A stretch of 64,000 nt of DNA. It comes from Eledone cirrhosa (lineage: Eukaryota). Both the position numbers and the translations under genes were made by a program. Shown here one piece after another: positions 49,901 to 63,687 of the stretch (its first letter is position 1; every line of letters starts with the position of its first letter). The notes under the pieces are model-generated. The model saw nothing but the letters and a program-made list of their open reading frames with translations. It was not told where the DNA came from and searched no databases. Where the stretch lies: contig OZ024740.1 of the NCBI GenBank assembly GCA_964016885.1, forward strand, positions 421,538,001 to 421,602,000. The letters are read 5' to 3'.

Positions 49901-52077
49901 TGGACAGTGTAATACTGGATAGCACTAGTGAACAGTGTAATACTGGACAGCACTAGTGGACAGTGTAATACTAGACAGCACTAGTGGACAGTGTAATACT
50001 GGACAGCACTAGTGGACAGTGTAATACTGGATAGCACTAGTGAACAATGTAATACTGGACAGCATTAGTGAACAGTGTAATACTGGATAGCACTAGTGGA
50101 CAGTGTAATACTGGACAGCACTAGTGGACAGTGTAATACTGGACAGCACTAGTGAACAGTGTAATACTGGACAGCACTAGTGAACAGTGTAATACTAGAC
50201 AGCACTAGTGGACAGTGTAATACTGGACAGCACTAGTGAACAGTGTAATACTGGACAGCACTAGTGGACAGTGTAATACTGGGCAGCACTAGTGGACAGT
50301 GTAATACTGGACAGCACTAGTGAACAGTGTAATACTGGGCAGCACTAGTGGACAGTGTAATACTGGACAGCACTAGTGAACAGTGTAATACTGGACAGCA
50401 CTAGTGAACAGTGTAATACTGGATAGCACTAGTGAACAATGTAATACTGGACAGCACTAGTGAACAATGTAATACTGGACAGCACTAGTGAACAGTGTAA
50501 TACTAGACAGCACTAGTGAACAGTGTAATACTGGACAGCACTAGTGGACAGTGTAATACTGGATAGCACTAGTGGACAGTGTAATACTAGACAGCACTAG
50601 TGGACAGTGTAATATTGGACAGCACTAGTGGACAGTGTAATACTGGACAGCACTAGTGAACAGTGTAATACTGGACAGCACTAGTGAACAATGTAATACT
50701 GGACAGCACTAGTGGACAGCGTAATACTGGATAGCACTAGTGAGCACTGTAATACTGGACAGCACTATTGAACAGTGTAATACTCGACAGCACTAGTGGA
50801 CAGTGTAATACTGGACAGCACTAGTGTACAGTGTAATACTGGATATCACTAGTGGACAGCGTAATACTGGATAGCACTAGTGGACAGTGTAATACTGGAT
50901 AGCACTAGTGGACAGCGTAATACTGGATAGCACTAGTGGACAGTGTAATACTGGACAGCACTAGTGGACAGCGTAATACTGGATAGCACTAGTGAACAGT
51001 GTAATACTGGACAGCGTAATACTGGATAGCACTAGTGGACAGCGTAATACTGGATAGCACTAGTGAACAGTGTAATACTGGATAGCACTAGTGAACAATG
51101 TAATACTGGACAGCACTAGTGGACAGTGTAATACTAGACAGCACTAGTGAACAATGTAATACTGGACAGCACTAGTGGACACTGTAATACTGGATAGCAC
51201 TAGTGGACAGCGTAATACTGGATAGCACTAGTGAACAATGTAATACTGGACAGCACTAGTGAACAATGTAATACTGGACAGCACTAGTGGACAGCGTAAT
51301 ACTGGATAGCACTAGTGGACAGCGTAATACTGGATAGCACTAGTGGACAGTGTAATACTGGACAGCACTAGTGAACAATGTAATACTGGACAGCACTAGT
51401 GAACACTGTAATACTGGACAGCACTAGTGGACAGTGTAATACTGGACAGCACTTGTGAACAGTGTAATACTGGACAGCACTAGTGAACAGCGTAATACTG
51501 GATAGCACTAGTGAACAGTGTAATACTGGATAGCACTAGTGAACAATGTAATACTGGACAGCACTAGTGGACAGTGTAATACTAGACAGCACTAGTGGAC
51601 ACTGTAATACTGGATAGCACTAGTGAACAGTGTAATACTGGACAGCACTAGTGGACAGTGTAATACTGGACAGCACTAGTGAACAGTGTAATACTGGATA
51701 GCACTAGTGAACAGTGTAATACTGGATAGCACTAGTGAACAGTGTAATACTGGATAGCACTACTGAACAGTGTAATACTGGATAGCACTAGTGAACAGTG
51801 TAATACTGGATAGCACTAGTGGACAGTGTAATACTGGATAGCACTAGTGGACAGAATAATACTGGACAGCACAAGTGGACAGTGTAATACTGGAAAGCAC
51901 TAGTGGACAGTGTAATACTGGACAGCACAAGTGGACAGTGTAATACTGGACAGCACAAGTGGACAGTGTAATACTGGACAGCACTAGTGAACAGTGTAAT
52001 ACTAGACAGCACTAGTGGACAGTGTAATACTGGACAGCACTAGTGGACAGTGTAATACTAGACAGCACTACTGGACA
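31954..52077. repeat. 28-bp tandem satellite (~20 kb, ~700 copies) with a 15-bp-period left edge, filling an EZH2 intron
   Basis: Unit CTGGACAGCACTAGTGAACAGTGTAATA; 31954-32620 is built mainly of 15-mers such as CTGGACAGTGTAATA and CTGGACAGGGTACTA. Confidence 0.98.
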
Positions 52078-52420
52078 TTGTTACAAAACTATAGAACTGG
52101 TGTTAGTTTCTTCTCAACTCTGGCATTGCCAATAAGTACAACCTTGATATACAATATACCGACAGTTACATGTGAGACACACAGTAAATCACAAACACTA
52201 TATCTGAAGTCAATTATTTGATCCAAGTAATATAAGTGCCCAATCAGTTATAGTTATGTAATGCTTCAGTTCCAAACTTCAACAAAACACTTGACAGTAT
52301 TCAATAACAATGTTTCTACTTACAAAATGAAACTTTGCCTTATCATTGTATTTATTCACACCAATGTGGATTGAACTAATTAAGATTCTCCATTTTGATA
52401 TTATGCAGTGCAATGCTAGT

Positions 52421-52565
52421 GAAGACGCATGGCTTAGTGGTTAGAGCATTGGGCTTGCAATTGAAAGGTTGTGAATTCAATTCTCGGACCGGGTGATGTG
52501 TTGTTTCCTTGAGCAAGACACTTTATTTCAAGTTGCTCCAGTTTACTCAGCTGTAGAAATGAGAT
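52421..52565 (+). mobile_element. tRNA-derived SINE head plus conserved core
   Basis: TGGCTTAGTGG (A box), GTGAATTCAATTCTC (B-box-like), CCTTGAGCAAGACACTT core motif. Confidence 0.75.
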
Positions 52566-52835
52566 GATAGGACTGGGGTCCCTATCATTAAATCACCCAA
52601 GACACCTCCAACGAGATATACCTTGGAGGCCAGCTAAACCTGCATAGGTGTGAGCTGTAACAACAACAACAACAATGCTAGTAATAAGATAAATAAACAA
52701 ATTAGGGACCTCATCCACCATAGACCATTTATAATTTGACAGCAAATATATCTATAAAACAATATTGTACTTTACTTTACAATGAAGTGTTTCCTTGTGA
52801 ATATTAACAGAAAAAAAACAGACATGTATCAGTTA

Positions 52836-53366
<531 letters not shown>

Positions 53367-53834
53367 TTAATCAATTTAAACGTCCGTAGAGAGCTAGTAA
53401 GCCATGGTAGACTAGGGGAAATATCGAGTACTGCTTACTAATTAAGAGCTAGTGAGACAAGTAATAAAATAAAAATTATAAATGGCATGGGGGAGGGGCA
53501 AAAATGTCCAATATTGAAGGAGGCCAATAGGAGGCAGATTATGTCTGAGAAAAGAAAATAGAAAAAGAAAATAGGAAAGAAGGGAAGCTGTAAAACAAGT
53601 TTCTCTTGTTGAATCTTTCCTAGCTTCCATGTCCTCAAAGATATATTTGGTAGACCTTTAATCATGTATTGAACTTCCAATTGATATATAATATCAATAA
53701 TCAAACAAAATATCTTCAAACACCACAGCTATACTAGTAACTTAATAAATGAAGGTTTCTTTAACATTTTTTAATTTTAAATGTTTTCTCTGAAAGTTTT
53801 TCTAGACATATTTGGGTGTTAAATTCTATATTAT

Positions 53835-54635
53835 ATAATACCTTTGCCTTTCTGATATAAGACGTAGGGGGCTGACATTAGCTAGATATGTGAACTGTCA
53901 CAATGAACCTGTAGGGGGTCACATTAGCTAGATATGTGAACTGTCACAATGAACCTGTAGGGGGTCACATTAGCTAGATATGTGAACTGTCACAATGAAC
54001 CTGTAGGGAGTCACATTAACCAGATATGTGAACTGTCACAATGAAACTGTAGGGGGTCACATTAGCTAGATATGTGAACTGTCACAATGAACTTGTAAGG
54101 GGTCACATTAGCCAGATATGTGAACTGTCACAATGAACATGTAGGGGGTCACATTAGCTAGATATGTGAACTGTCACAATGAACCTGTAGGGGGTCACAT
54201 TAGCCAGATATGTGAACTGTCACAATGAAACTGTAGGGGGTCACATTAGCCAGATATGTGAACTGTCACAATGAAACTGTAGGGGGTCACATTAGCCAGA
54301 TATGTGAACTGCCACAATGAAACTGTAGAGGGTCACATTAGCCAGATATGTGAACTGTCACAATGAAACTGTAGGGGGCTGACATTAGCCAGATATGTGA
54401 ACTGTCACAATGAAACTGTAGGGGGTCACATTAGCCAGATATGTGAACTGTCACAATGAACCTGCAGGCAGAGTCCTTTTCTGGAAACTAGATGTATGTA
54501 GACGAGTTAGGAGACCAACCATCACACTGAAGGATGTTCTTGAAGATGACACCAGATTGGAGTCAGGGGAAATGCTAGAGAGGATGAACTGGAGGAGGGA
54601 CTTTGTCATGACACTGGTAACAGATGTATAGAAGA
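53835..54635 (+). mobile_element. RTE/RTE-X LINE C-terminal remnant interrupted by a minisatellite
   Basis: Removing the repeat gives IRRRGLTLARYVNCHNEPAGRVLFWK...RRPTITLKDVLEDD...MLERMNWR. Confidence 0.65.
53864..54466. repeat. 46-bp minisatellite (~13 copies)
   Basis: GTAGGGGGTCACATTAGCCAGATATGTGAACTGTCACAATGAACCT. Confidence 0.95.
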
Positions 54636-55133
54636 AGATAATACCTAGGTCTAAAGTGTATTCTGTAAAGAGGTTCTTAAAGAAGACTATTGTTTCATCA
54701 GGAATTTAAATATATAACTAATATTTAGAAATTAAAATAAAGATTAAGGAATATAAATACAATCAGTCATGTAAAACAGAAATGTTTTGTCTGTAAATGA
54801 TTAGAAAATGGTGAGGGACTAACAAAGGAACAAAAACCAAAACATTTCATATAGTTTATATATAAAATATTTAGAAGAGCTATATAGAGTGGATATTGTA
54901 GAAAAGATGAGAAACTTGTCTAACATAAAACATATAGTTTATATATAAAATGTTTGAGAAACTTGTCTGATATTAGAAAATAACACAAAAGAAGAGAAAT
55001 TTTAACAAAGATATCAATAAAACAGTCTAACTTTATTTAAGTTAGGATTACTGTTTACAGATAGAAATTGTACAAAAATTAAACAGTTGAAGAATAAAAA
55101 GAAACATTTATTTATCATATTCAATGAAAAACT

Positions 55134-56016
55134 TACCATTTATACTCCAATGTAAGCTGACCCCCAGTTTTATGTCTGAGAAATGGGCAAAAACCCAAAC
55201 CATGTTTATAAACCAAGGTAGCTAATCAACACATTACTTTGAAAATAGAATTAGAAACTTTCACTGTATATGTCCTTTATGGGGGGTTCATATACCTGAA
55301 TATTAGACTATTTTCTCTAGTCAATATAGAGTAAAAGCTTCAAATTCTATTTTCAAAATGTTCAGTTGTCACTGGATTTTAATTCACATGTTTGCAACAC
55401 ATTATATAAACCAAGACCCCTATTTTATGCCTGAGAAATGGGTAAAAATCTAAACCCTGTTTATAAGCCGAGGCAGGTAATCAACAAATTATGTTTAGAT
55501 GGTCTGGTTTTGAAATTCTCATGAATGAAGAATATATTTATGAAGGTTTAATATTTTGATATTTACAATGTTTTAAGTGTTGTTTAGAGTATAGTTTTTG
55601 TTTCACAACTTTATTACGTGATTTTTTTTTTACCAATTTCTGGCTGTTTTGAAGGTCATATTATTTCAAAACATAAAAAACAATAGGAAATAAGAATTTC
55701 ACCTCCAAAGTGAAACCGGTGTAATATTCACCTCCAAAGTCAAACCAGTGTAATATTCACCTCCAAAATGAAACAGGTGTAATATTCACCTCCAAAGTGA
55801 AACTGAAACAGGTGTAATATCCACCTCCAAAGTGAAACAGGTGTAATATTAACCTCTAAGGTGAAAATATTTTAGTATCTTATTTACATAGAATTTGGAG
55901 TTGGTGAAAATCGGCAAAATATTGACCTTGAATATAAGTCTCTCCCCCAAACCCCATTTTACCATCAATTTTTTTTTGTCACATATTTCTCAGCTTATAT
56001 ACAAGTATATACAGTA
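55134..56016. mobile_element. Old non-autonomous Tc/mariner(pogo/Tc2)-like DNA element with ~27-bp TIRs
   Basis: Left TACCATTTATACTCCAATGTAAGCTGA versus reverse complement of right end TACTGTATATACTTGTATATAAGCTGA (20/27); TA ends; contains an internal duplication and a 29-bp tandem repeat at 55700-55866. Confidence 0.55.
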
Positions 56017-56439
56017 GGGTTAAATAGCATGAAATTAAAAGATGAAATCAAGATAAAAGTGAAATTACTTTACCTTTCAATGCTCACCTGGAAATCTTAC
56101 CAATTTGTTTTAACGCTTACCTGGAAACTTTGTCAGTTGTTAATTCAATAATAATTAGCACATTTACTACCAGGAGAAACAGGTATTAAATGATGCTGAT
56201 GATGATGATGATGACAGTGATGATAAGGATGATAATGATGATGATGATGGTAATGGTGATGATTCTTATAGATGTCTTATTTCCTACTAAACATTCTTTT
56301 GTTCTTACCTTATATCTTCTACAAAACAGAAAACCCAGTCATTCCAACTGAGATAATTACCATTCTATTACAAGAACTTCAAAATTTCATGTCTATTTCT
56401 TCCTGTATTTTCATTTCAGCCTTCTCACTTTGACATAGT

Positions 56440-56745
56440 TTATACCTACATGTGCTGCCACCTACTGGTTTATAGCTACGTGTCACCACCAACCAAATAT
56501 CTACTTGTTTACAGTTACATGTGTCACCAACCAAATATCTACTAGTTTATAGCTACATGTGTCACCATTAACACCAAATATCTACTAGTTTATAGCTACA
56601 TGTGTCACCATTAGCATCAAATATCTACTAGTTTATAGCTACATGTGTCACCATTAACACCAAATATCTACTAGTTTATAGCTACATGTGACAACATCAA
56701 CCAAATATCTACTAGTTTATAGCTACATGTGTCACCATCAACTAG
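56440..56745. repeat. ~40-43-bp minisatellite (~7 copies)
   Basis: CCAAATATCTACTAGTTTATAGCTACATGTGTCACCATTAACA variants. Confidence 0.9.
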
Positions 56746-57245
56746 AAACTTTCACCATATATGGGGGTCATATACCCTAATATTAAACTATTTTCTGTAG
56801 TCAATATAGTGTTCAATCACCACCATATTCACCATCAACTAAATAACTACTACAAATCACTACACCACTACTTTATTCTTTCTTAACAGTATGGTAGAAA
56901 TGTTTGTTTTGTATCAAAGACAAAACATGAATTGAAAGAAGCTGTTAGTGCTACAGAAAAAAATAAAATTAAATAAAGGTTTCTTTACTAATGCTACTAA
57001 TATCCAAGATGTTGGACATAGCAACTCTTGTTTTGATCTACAATCTGTACATTGTGAAACCAGCCCATCTCAAAATATTTGTGTAAAATATATTGGCAAT
57101 ATTACTCAGTATTGAGAGTTTATCGAAACAACTTTGAAATAAAATCATTTTACAAGCCAAGTTTTTACAATTGTGTTCTAATACTGAAGAAAATTAGAAA
57201 AGAAAATCCTGAAACAAAACTGAGGTTATAGGTAAGGCACATTCT

Positions 57246-57464
57246 TTAACCATTTAGCATTTAAACCGGCCATAATTCTCTCAACTCTTTCTGTTCAAAC
57301 AAGCCATAATTAACCACTCATACTGATGTTAAGGTATTATTCTCAAAATAAATAACATCAAAATCTTATAGATTCGATATTATTTGAGATAATTATGTAA
57401 AGTAAAGCCTTTACCACAAAAATACAATAGTATATATAGAGTAATGTAAATGTTAAAGGGTTAA
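57246..57464. mobile_element. TTAA-flanked piggyBac-type MITE (copy 2)
   Basis: TTAA-CCATTTAGCATTTA...TAAATGTTAAAGGG-TTAA terminal inverted repeats. Confidence 0.75.
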
Positions 57465-57820
57465 ACACATTGTTAAAAACTTCAAAACATACACACACTG
57501 GCAGTCACACTGACATGCACAGATAGACACAGAGACACACATAGTCACATCTATGATAGATATTTTTAAAAACTGTAAATCTGCCATTAACTGCTTGTAA
57601 TGCAAGCACGATGATGACTGAAATGAACTGAAACTGGTTACAATACTGGGTAAATAGCCTATGCTCAAAAGCAAACTTCCTCTTTGGATATCCATCTATC
57701 TATCTATCCAGCTGTCTATATCTATCTATCTAGCTATCTATCCACCTTTGTCTGTATGTATATCTATCTATCCACCTTTGTCTGTATATCTATCTATCTA
57801 TCTTACTCACGCTATCTATC

Positions 57821-60800
57821 CTGTTTTACTTGAGACGTGTGCCAGTTCGCTGGTAAGTTTTTGTTGATTTTCTAAGTAAGAAATCAAAAATTTATTACTA
57901 TTTTATAGCTTGACCCCACGTCTGGACTTTCAGACGGTGGGTCAAGTCATCTTCACCCCTCCCTGGGGTGAAATTTTCGTTTTGAAAACAATTTCGCCGG
58001 TGAAAAAAAAGTGTAAACAAACCTTGCATTCAGTCATGAACGTGCGTTCATAACTAGAAGTGGTGGAGAGGCGGTAAGAGTGTTAAGCTCGCAGTCACCT
58101 CCTCTCACCACCCCATTGAAAGACATCGAAAATGTCGTCAGTTTTGAAAACACGATGTCGGACGTTGATTGATCAACACTAACACAAACACCAATAACAT
58201 GCAAAATATAAACAACAACAACAACAATGATAACAACAACAGCAACAATGATAACAACAACACCACCAACAACAGCAACACGAACAACTCTACGAACAAG
58301 GAAAAGATTTCTTTTGCTCAAACCGTCCAAAAGACGGAACTGCTCACATACCTTGACATTTCCAATACTAGGGAAATGTTAAGCGATGCAAAACAGTACG
58401 TAACTTTTGGTGAGAGTGGTGCTTTCAGCATCACTTCTCCTCAACAGTTACGCAGAGAAACTGTTCTAAAAACAGTAATTTTTAGGACGGTTTCAAATGT
58501 GTCGAAAAAACCAGTTCAACTATCCCAAAACGATATTGAACTGGTTCTGAAGAATTCCATGAAGGCAATATGCCTTCATCCAAAAAGGGAAACTTTTTGG
58601 AAGCATTTCGGTGTTGTTGAAAGACCAATTGACAGCACAAAAATACTCTGTATCGCCGATTGTGTCCCCCCTTTACACCTTTTTCCCCACATATATGGGA
58701 AAAAGAACACAAAAAATAAAAATTTCGAACATTGTACCAAATGTAAACGTCTGGTGGATTCTAACTGGCTTCATCGATTTCGACGAAGACACCATCATTT
58801 TGGTGGGAAAGTCCTCCAGAGGCACATTCAATGGTACAAGCATGGAAGTTCTGGTCCAAATGAAGCCAGAACGGATAGCTAAAATACCCCAACTCTGGAT
58901 GGAATTTCACACATAAACATTTCTGTTGAGGGTAGGCGGCCTCAACAACAACAACAACACGCAAACATAACCAAAACAAGAACAACAAACCAACCTGCAA
59001 GCACAGTCCCACCCAACCCCACTCCACCTAAAACCACTGCAAAAACACCCACAAACACAACAGCTCCCCAAAACATACTCCTTCCAAATAACACAGACAC
59101 CACAACAGACGAGGCCCCCACGTCATCACCAAGTGACGATGAGGGAGAGCCTCTCCATTCGAAAAGAAAGAAGAAAAGACACCACAAAAACAAAAAAACA
59201 ACAAACATCACTACAAACATACAACCACCAACACAAACATTACAAACAAAACCCCCCGTCCCGAAAACAAAACCACGACATCACTCCAAACACAAACACC
59301 TACAACAAAACGAAAGCTCCCACAAGAACAAAAGACAAAAACCACCGCAACACAACAAGAACATTACACATACATAAACAGTAAAAACAAAACTTTAATG
59401 GAGGTCATCTCCAACGACCTTTCGGTGAAAACCGACAGGAAAACTTTTTCAAACTGTGTAGACAAACCTAATTTAAAGATGATTAGGGTCCCTACGAACA
59501 CCTATAAGTCTTTAAAGGAAAACTTTCCTAAGGACGTGGGTAATCCTTGTGTTAAACCCATTAACCGCGTCCTTTTAAAAAGTTTCCCCACCAAACATCT
59601 CCGTCCCCACCCTGCCGGAAACCACCACCCACCCAGACAACTCCTCTAACACCCCCATGGAAAGCGTGTGGCCTGATCCCCGGGAGACGAAGAGGTGAGT
59701 GTTTTCTTCTCTTAACTTTTCAGAACCAACATGGCCAATATAAGAGTTGGATGCGTGAATGTACGCAGCCTGGGGATGCCCTGGAAATAGGGCAAACTCT
59801 TAAACGACCTCAGGTCGCACAGTATGGATGTAGTAGCCATTTGCGAGTCCAGGATCCACAGCGAGCGACAGCTGGCTGCCATCTTCGATGACTTTGAGAT
59901 CTACGCATCTCTGTCGGACAGGGGGTGGGGGCGGGGTTGCCGTTTTGCTGCGGAAACACCTGGGCCTCGTAACACAGACGGTACATCTGGACCCGGAGGG
60001 TCGACTGGTGGTCCTAGACGTTGACGGTAGTGAAGGTGGAGCCTTCAGGCTGGTGGCCAGATATGCCCCATCCAGGACACCGCGGCCAGACTTCTTCAAA
60101 CGTCTAGAGACTTTTCTGGGAACATCCCGCTCCTTGCTTTTAGTGGGGAACTGGAATGGAATCCTAGATGCACGTTGGGACTATGTGGGATCATGTCCTG
60201 ATAAAGGGGGTGTAACAGCCTCAAATAGTTAATTGGCCGATAGATATCGACTAGATTTTCCGACTGTGCCACTGTGGACGTGGACTAATCGCAGCGGGAC
60301 ATCTAGATCGTACCTAGATAGGGTTCTAGTTAGAAATAAGGATAGGGACATGTTAAGCTGTCCACAAAAGTTCATGGTTGCCTATTCAAATCACAAACTA
60401 GTGACCTGCATGGTCAACCTTGATAGAACCCAGACAAAGACCCGGCTACTGGAAGCTGAACTTGTCGCTACCGACATGCAAAGCCTACAGTAGACGGATT
60501 AGCACTTTAGTTAAACAGCATTTGACAGGGGCCATTGTCAACAACAGATGGTGGTACTCTCTCAAGAGGGCAGTTAGATTAGACTCGTTAGTTTTTAGTA
60601 AAGAATTAGCATTAGATAGAAATAGAACCGAGAAGGAACTGGTAGATAAAGTAGAAGAGGCAATTAGAAGTGGCAACGTAGCCAGCGTGCTAGCAACGAG
60701 AATGGCCTTGGACCAGTTCTTCGATGCAAAGCACGAGGGCTGCGTTGTCAGAAGCAAAATACGTGCTCTGGGAAATGAGGGAGCCAAAGCTGTTAGCTGG

Positions 60801-63237
60801 GCTTGAGTGACGGAGGCAAAAAGTGGCAACAAGCCCACGATTTGGTCTTTGAAGGACCAAAACGGACGCGTGATACGTGAGCCGAAGCAAATGTGTGCGG
60901 CCTTTCAGCGGCACTTTGCTTGGCTGTTCGGGCAGGGTGGCGCACCGAGAGGGGCTTTGGATTTCGGTCCATACCTCGACGGCCCACCGCGACTCTCGGA
61001 CAGCGGGGCAAAGTTCTGTGAAAGGCTGATTTCAGCCGCTGAGATAGGGGACGCGCTGAGTCAATGCGGCAAAGGCAAATCTCCAGGTCTCGACGGCCTA
61101 CCCTACGAATTTTACGTAGCAATGCCAGACTCCTGGAAGCTGTCTATTGCAACTGGCAACAGAACGGGAGAATTCCCAGTTCTGTGACCGGGGGCATAGT
61201 CACACTAGTCAGGAAGGACGAGAATAAGGGGCCATAACTCTGCTAAACATAGAGTTACAGATTTTGGCCAAGGTGTTGGCAAAGAGGCTGGCGCTTGTCA
61301 TCGAGAACCTGGTGGGAAAAGCGCAGTCATGTGCAATCCTGACCAGGTCTATACACGACAACCTCCACCTCATGCAATACATCATAGAGAGGGTAGGGTG
61401 TAAACCCGGCTCAACTTGGATCAGTCTAAGGCTTTCGATAGGGTTGACCATCGTTACCTAGATGCGGTGCTCAAGGCGGCAGGCTTTGGACCCGTGTTCA
61501 GGGGCTGGATTGCTGCAATGCACAACAGCAACATCTGCTCAAGGGTCAAGGTGAACGGCTACCTCTCAGAGCCGTTCCAGATCACGCGATCCATCCGACA
61601 GGGATGCCCTCTCTCCTCCCTTCTGTACGTACTGACTCTCGAGCCATTACTGCGGAAGTTGGAGCTATTGCAGGGCATCCCTCTGGAACCGGGACTGCGG
61701 AAAGCTGCGGCGGCCTACGCCGATGACGTGACAGTAATGGTGTCGAGCACCTCGCAAATCGAGGAAGTCAGCACCTTACTGAAGGAATACGAAAGGTTCA
61801 CAGGAGCGAGGCTGAACCGGGACAAGTCCATCGGTTTGCAACTCGGATCGTCGACAGGCAAACCGATGCCTTCCGATGGCGTTGTCGGACGCTGGACAGA
61901 AGGACCGGTAAAGCTGCTCGGGGTCTGGTTTGGTCCGGATCTCCAGATGGAGAAGAACTGGAACGAGGTGACGGCCAAGGTGTTTGCACTCACCCAGAAA
62001 TGGTTCGAGTGCAAACTATCCTTGAAAGGTCGAGTGGTGGTGGCGAACACTTTTATAGCGTCCGCCATCTACTACCGCTTGACCGTTGTGCCTTGTCCAG
62101 CCAAAACGCTCACCAAAATGGAGCGTGCGCTCTTCCAATTCCTTTGGTGAGAAGATCCATCTGCTGCTAACACCCTTCCAACGGAGGGCTGGGGATGCCG
62201 TGGCTGACGATGCGCAAACACGCACTCAAGCTGCGGCATCTCTACGTATTCCTCACCGGACAACCGGTGTGAGCCCCGTTCGTGAGGCGAGCCTTCCCAC
62301 GACTCGTCTCGCTGACCGAGCTGCAGTCCTGGGCCAAGCAAAGACCGAGGAAAATGGGTGACTGGCACATCGAATGTGCTCAGGCGCTCACAGCCCTCTG
62401 GCAGGCGGACCCGGCGATCAGTGGAGACTCCACTTCGTCATTCTATCGAGGGTTGATCCGCAGCAAGTGCGACGACGCGCTCGGTGGAACTCTAGGCGTA
62501 GAGGAAGACGAACTGGTCAGTCTGTTCGGTAGGACCTTCCGCCCGGGACCGATGGACAACTTCCAAAAGTCCCTGGCCCGGCAGTGCTACCGAGGAGCTC
62601 TACAGACATGGGCGCCCGAGCAGGGACCCTGCAAAAAAGATCTGTCCGAGGTGCGTGCGAGACAAAGAAACCGTTGTGCACGTATTCATACACTGCCCGG
62701 GCGTCACCGACTGGTGGGGCTATGTAGCACGACTATTGTCGCGGGTGGGACCAATCCGGTTGACCACCGAGTCCATTGTCATGAGAGGCGGTTTTCCTTT
62801 GTGTGATAGCTATGGCGAAAGAGGTTGAAAGGGCTGAGGTCAGACACCTTTCTCTCCGGCCAACAACTGATTCTTTTTTTCAAATACCACTTTGGAAGAA
62901 GAATCAAGATGGAGAGAGAGGTGCTGCACCCCAGCAAGTTTTATGAAAGGTGGGTGAAAGTGGCGAGAATGGCCCGAGTGAATGGGCCTTCTCTCTATAT
63001 CAGCCTGTAGGTTGAGGAAAAGGAGGAGGAGAGGAAAGGAGTACAAACTCTTCGTACTCCAGGGTTGCACATTTTTTTTCGGGGGTATGTGTTACCCATA
63101 TGTAATGTCTCCCCCTATTGGGGAAAATCGGCTAATTTTTAAATTGCATTTGTGATATTTTACATGTTTTTATTGTATGTAAACTTCCCCCTTTGTATTT
63201 GTCCCCTTCTTTTGTGCCCCTGTGGCTAATAAAGAAA
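57821..63237 (+). mobile_element. Near full-length decayed Tx1/L1-clade LINE, antisense within an EZH2 intron
   Basis: 5' UTR, broken ORF1 (~58155-59650), ORF2 with APE and RT, AATAAA at 63228-63233; TATC-rich repeats on both flanks. Confidence 0.9.
59731..63010 (+). pseudogene. Tx1-type ORF2 (APE endonuclease, RT, CCHC knuckle), disrupted by stops and frameshifts
   Basis: MANIRVGCVNVRSL; VAICES; GNWN; SYLDR; SNH; GYWKLN; KSPGLDGLPYEFY; DQSKAFDRVDH; RQGCPLS; YADD; CPRCVRDKETVVHVFIHC near 62643. Confidence 0.92.
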
Positions 63238-63687
63238 TATATCTATCTTCCTCTGTCTATGTATATCTATCTATCCACCTCTGTCTGTATACCTATCTAT
63301 CTATCTATCTATCTTCCGCTGTCTGTTTACCCAATCTGTCTATTTATTTATTATGTAATACAGAGAGAAACGACATTTGCAGCCATAAAAGGAAACAATA
63401 ACAACAAACATAGACACATACATGAAAAAACAAGACAGACACATATATGTTAAATATATACAAACACACGACAGACACATACATGTTAAATATATACACA
63501 TCTAATGATGGATGATGTTGGAATGAGAGAACTGATGAAGGAAAGAAGAAATATTGATTAGAGAGACATAACAAAGATATAACAGGAGTTGAAATAAAAA
63601 CCAAGAGAGTAAAATATATTGTAAAATATTGTAAAAGGCAGCGAGAGAGACGGGAAGCATGGTATCATACAGACCAGTGTGTGTTTA

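Noticed and set aside
55700-55866. 29-bp repeat as a relative of the 28-bp satellite (shared GTGAA.CAG.TGTAATA)
   Set aside because: Only half the unit is similar and needs two gaps; chance similarity cannot be excluded.
57453-57695. Cys-rich minus ORF (CACQCDCQC) as the missing upstream EZH2 CXC exon
   Set aside because: Lacks the expected YNY.PC.H and CEKFC motifs; the cysteines come from TG-rich low-complexity sequence.
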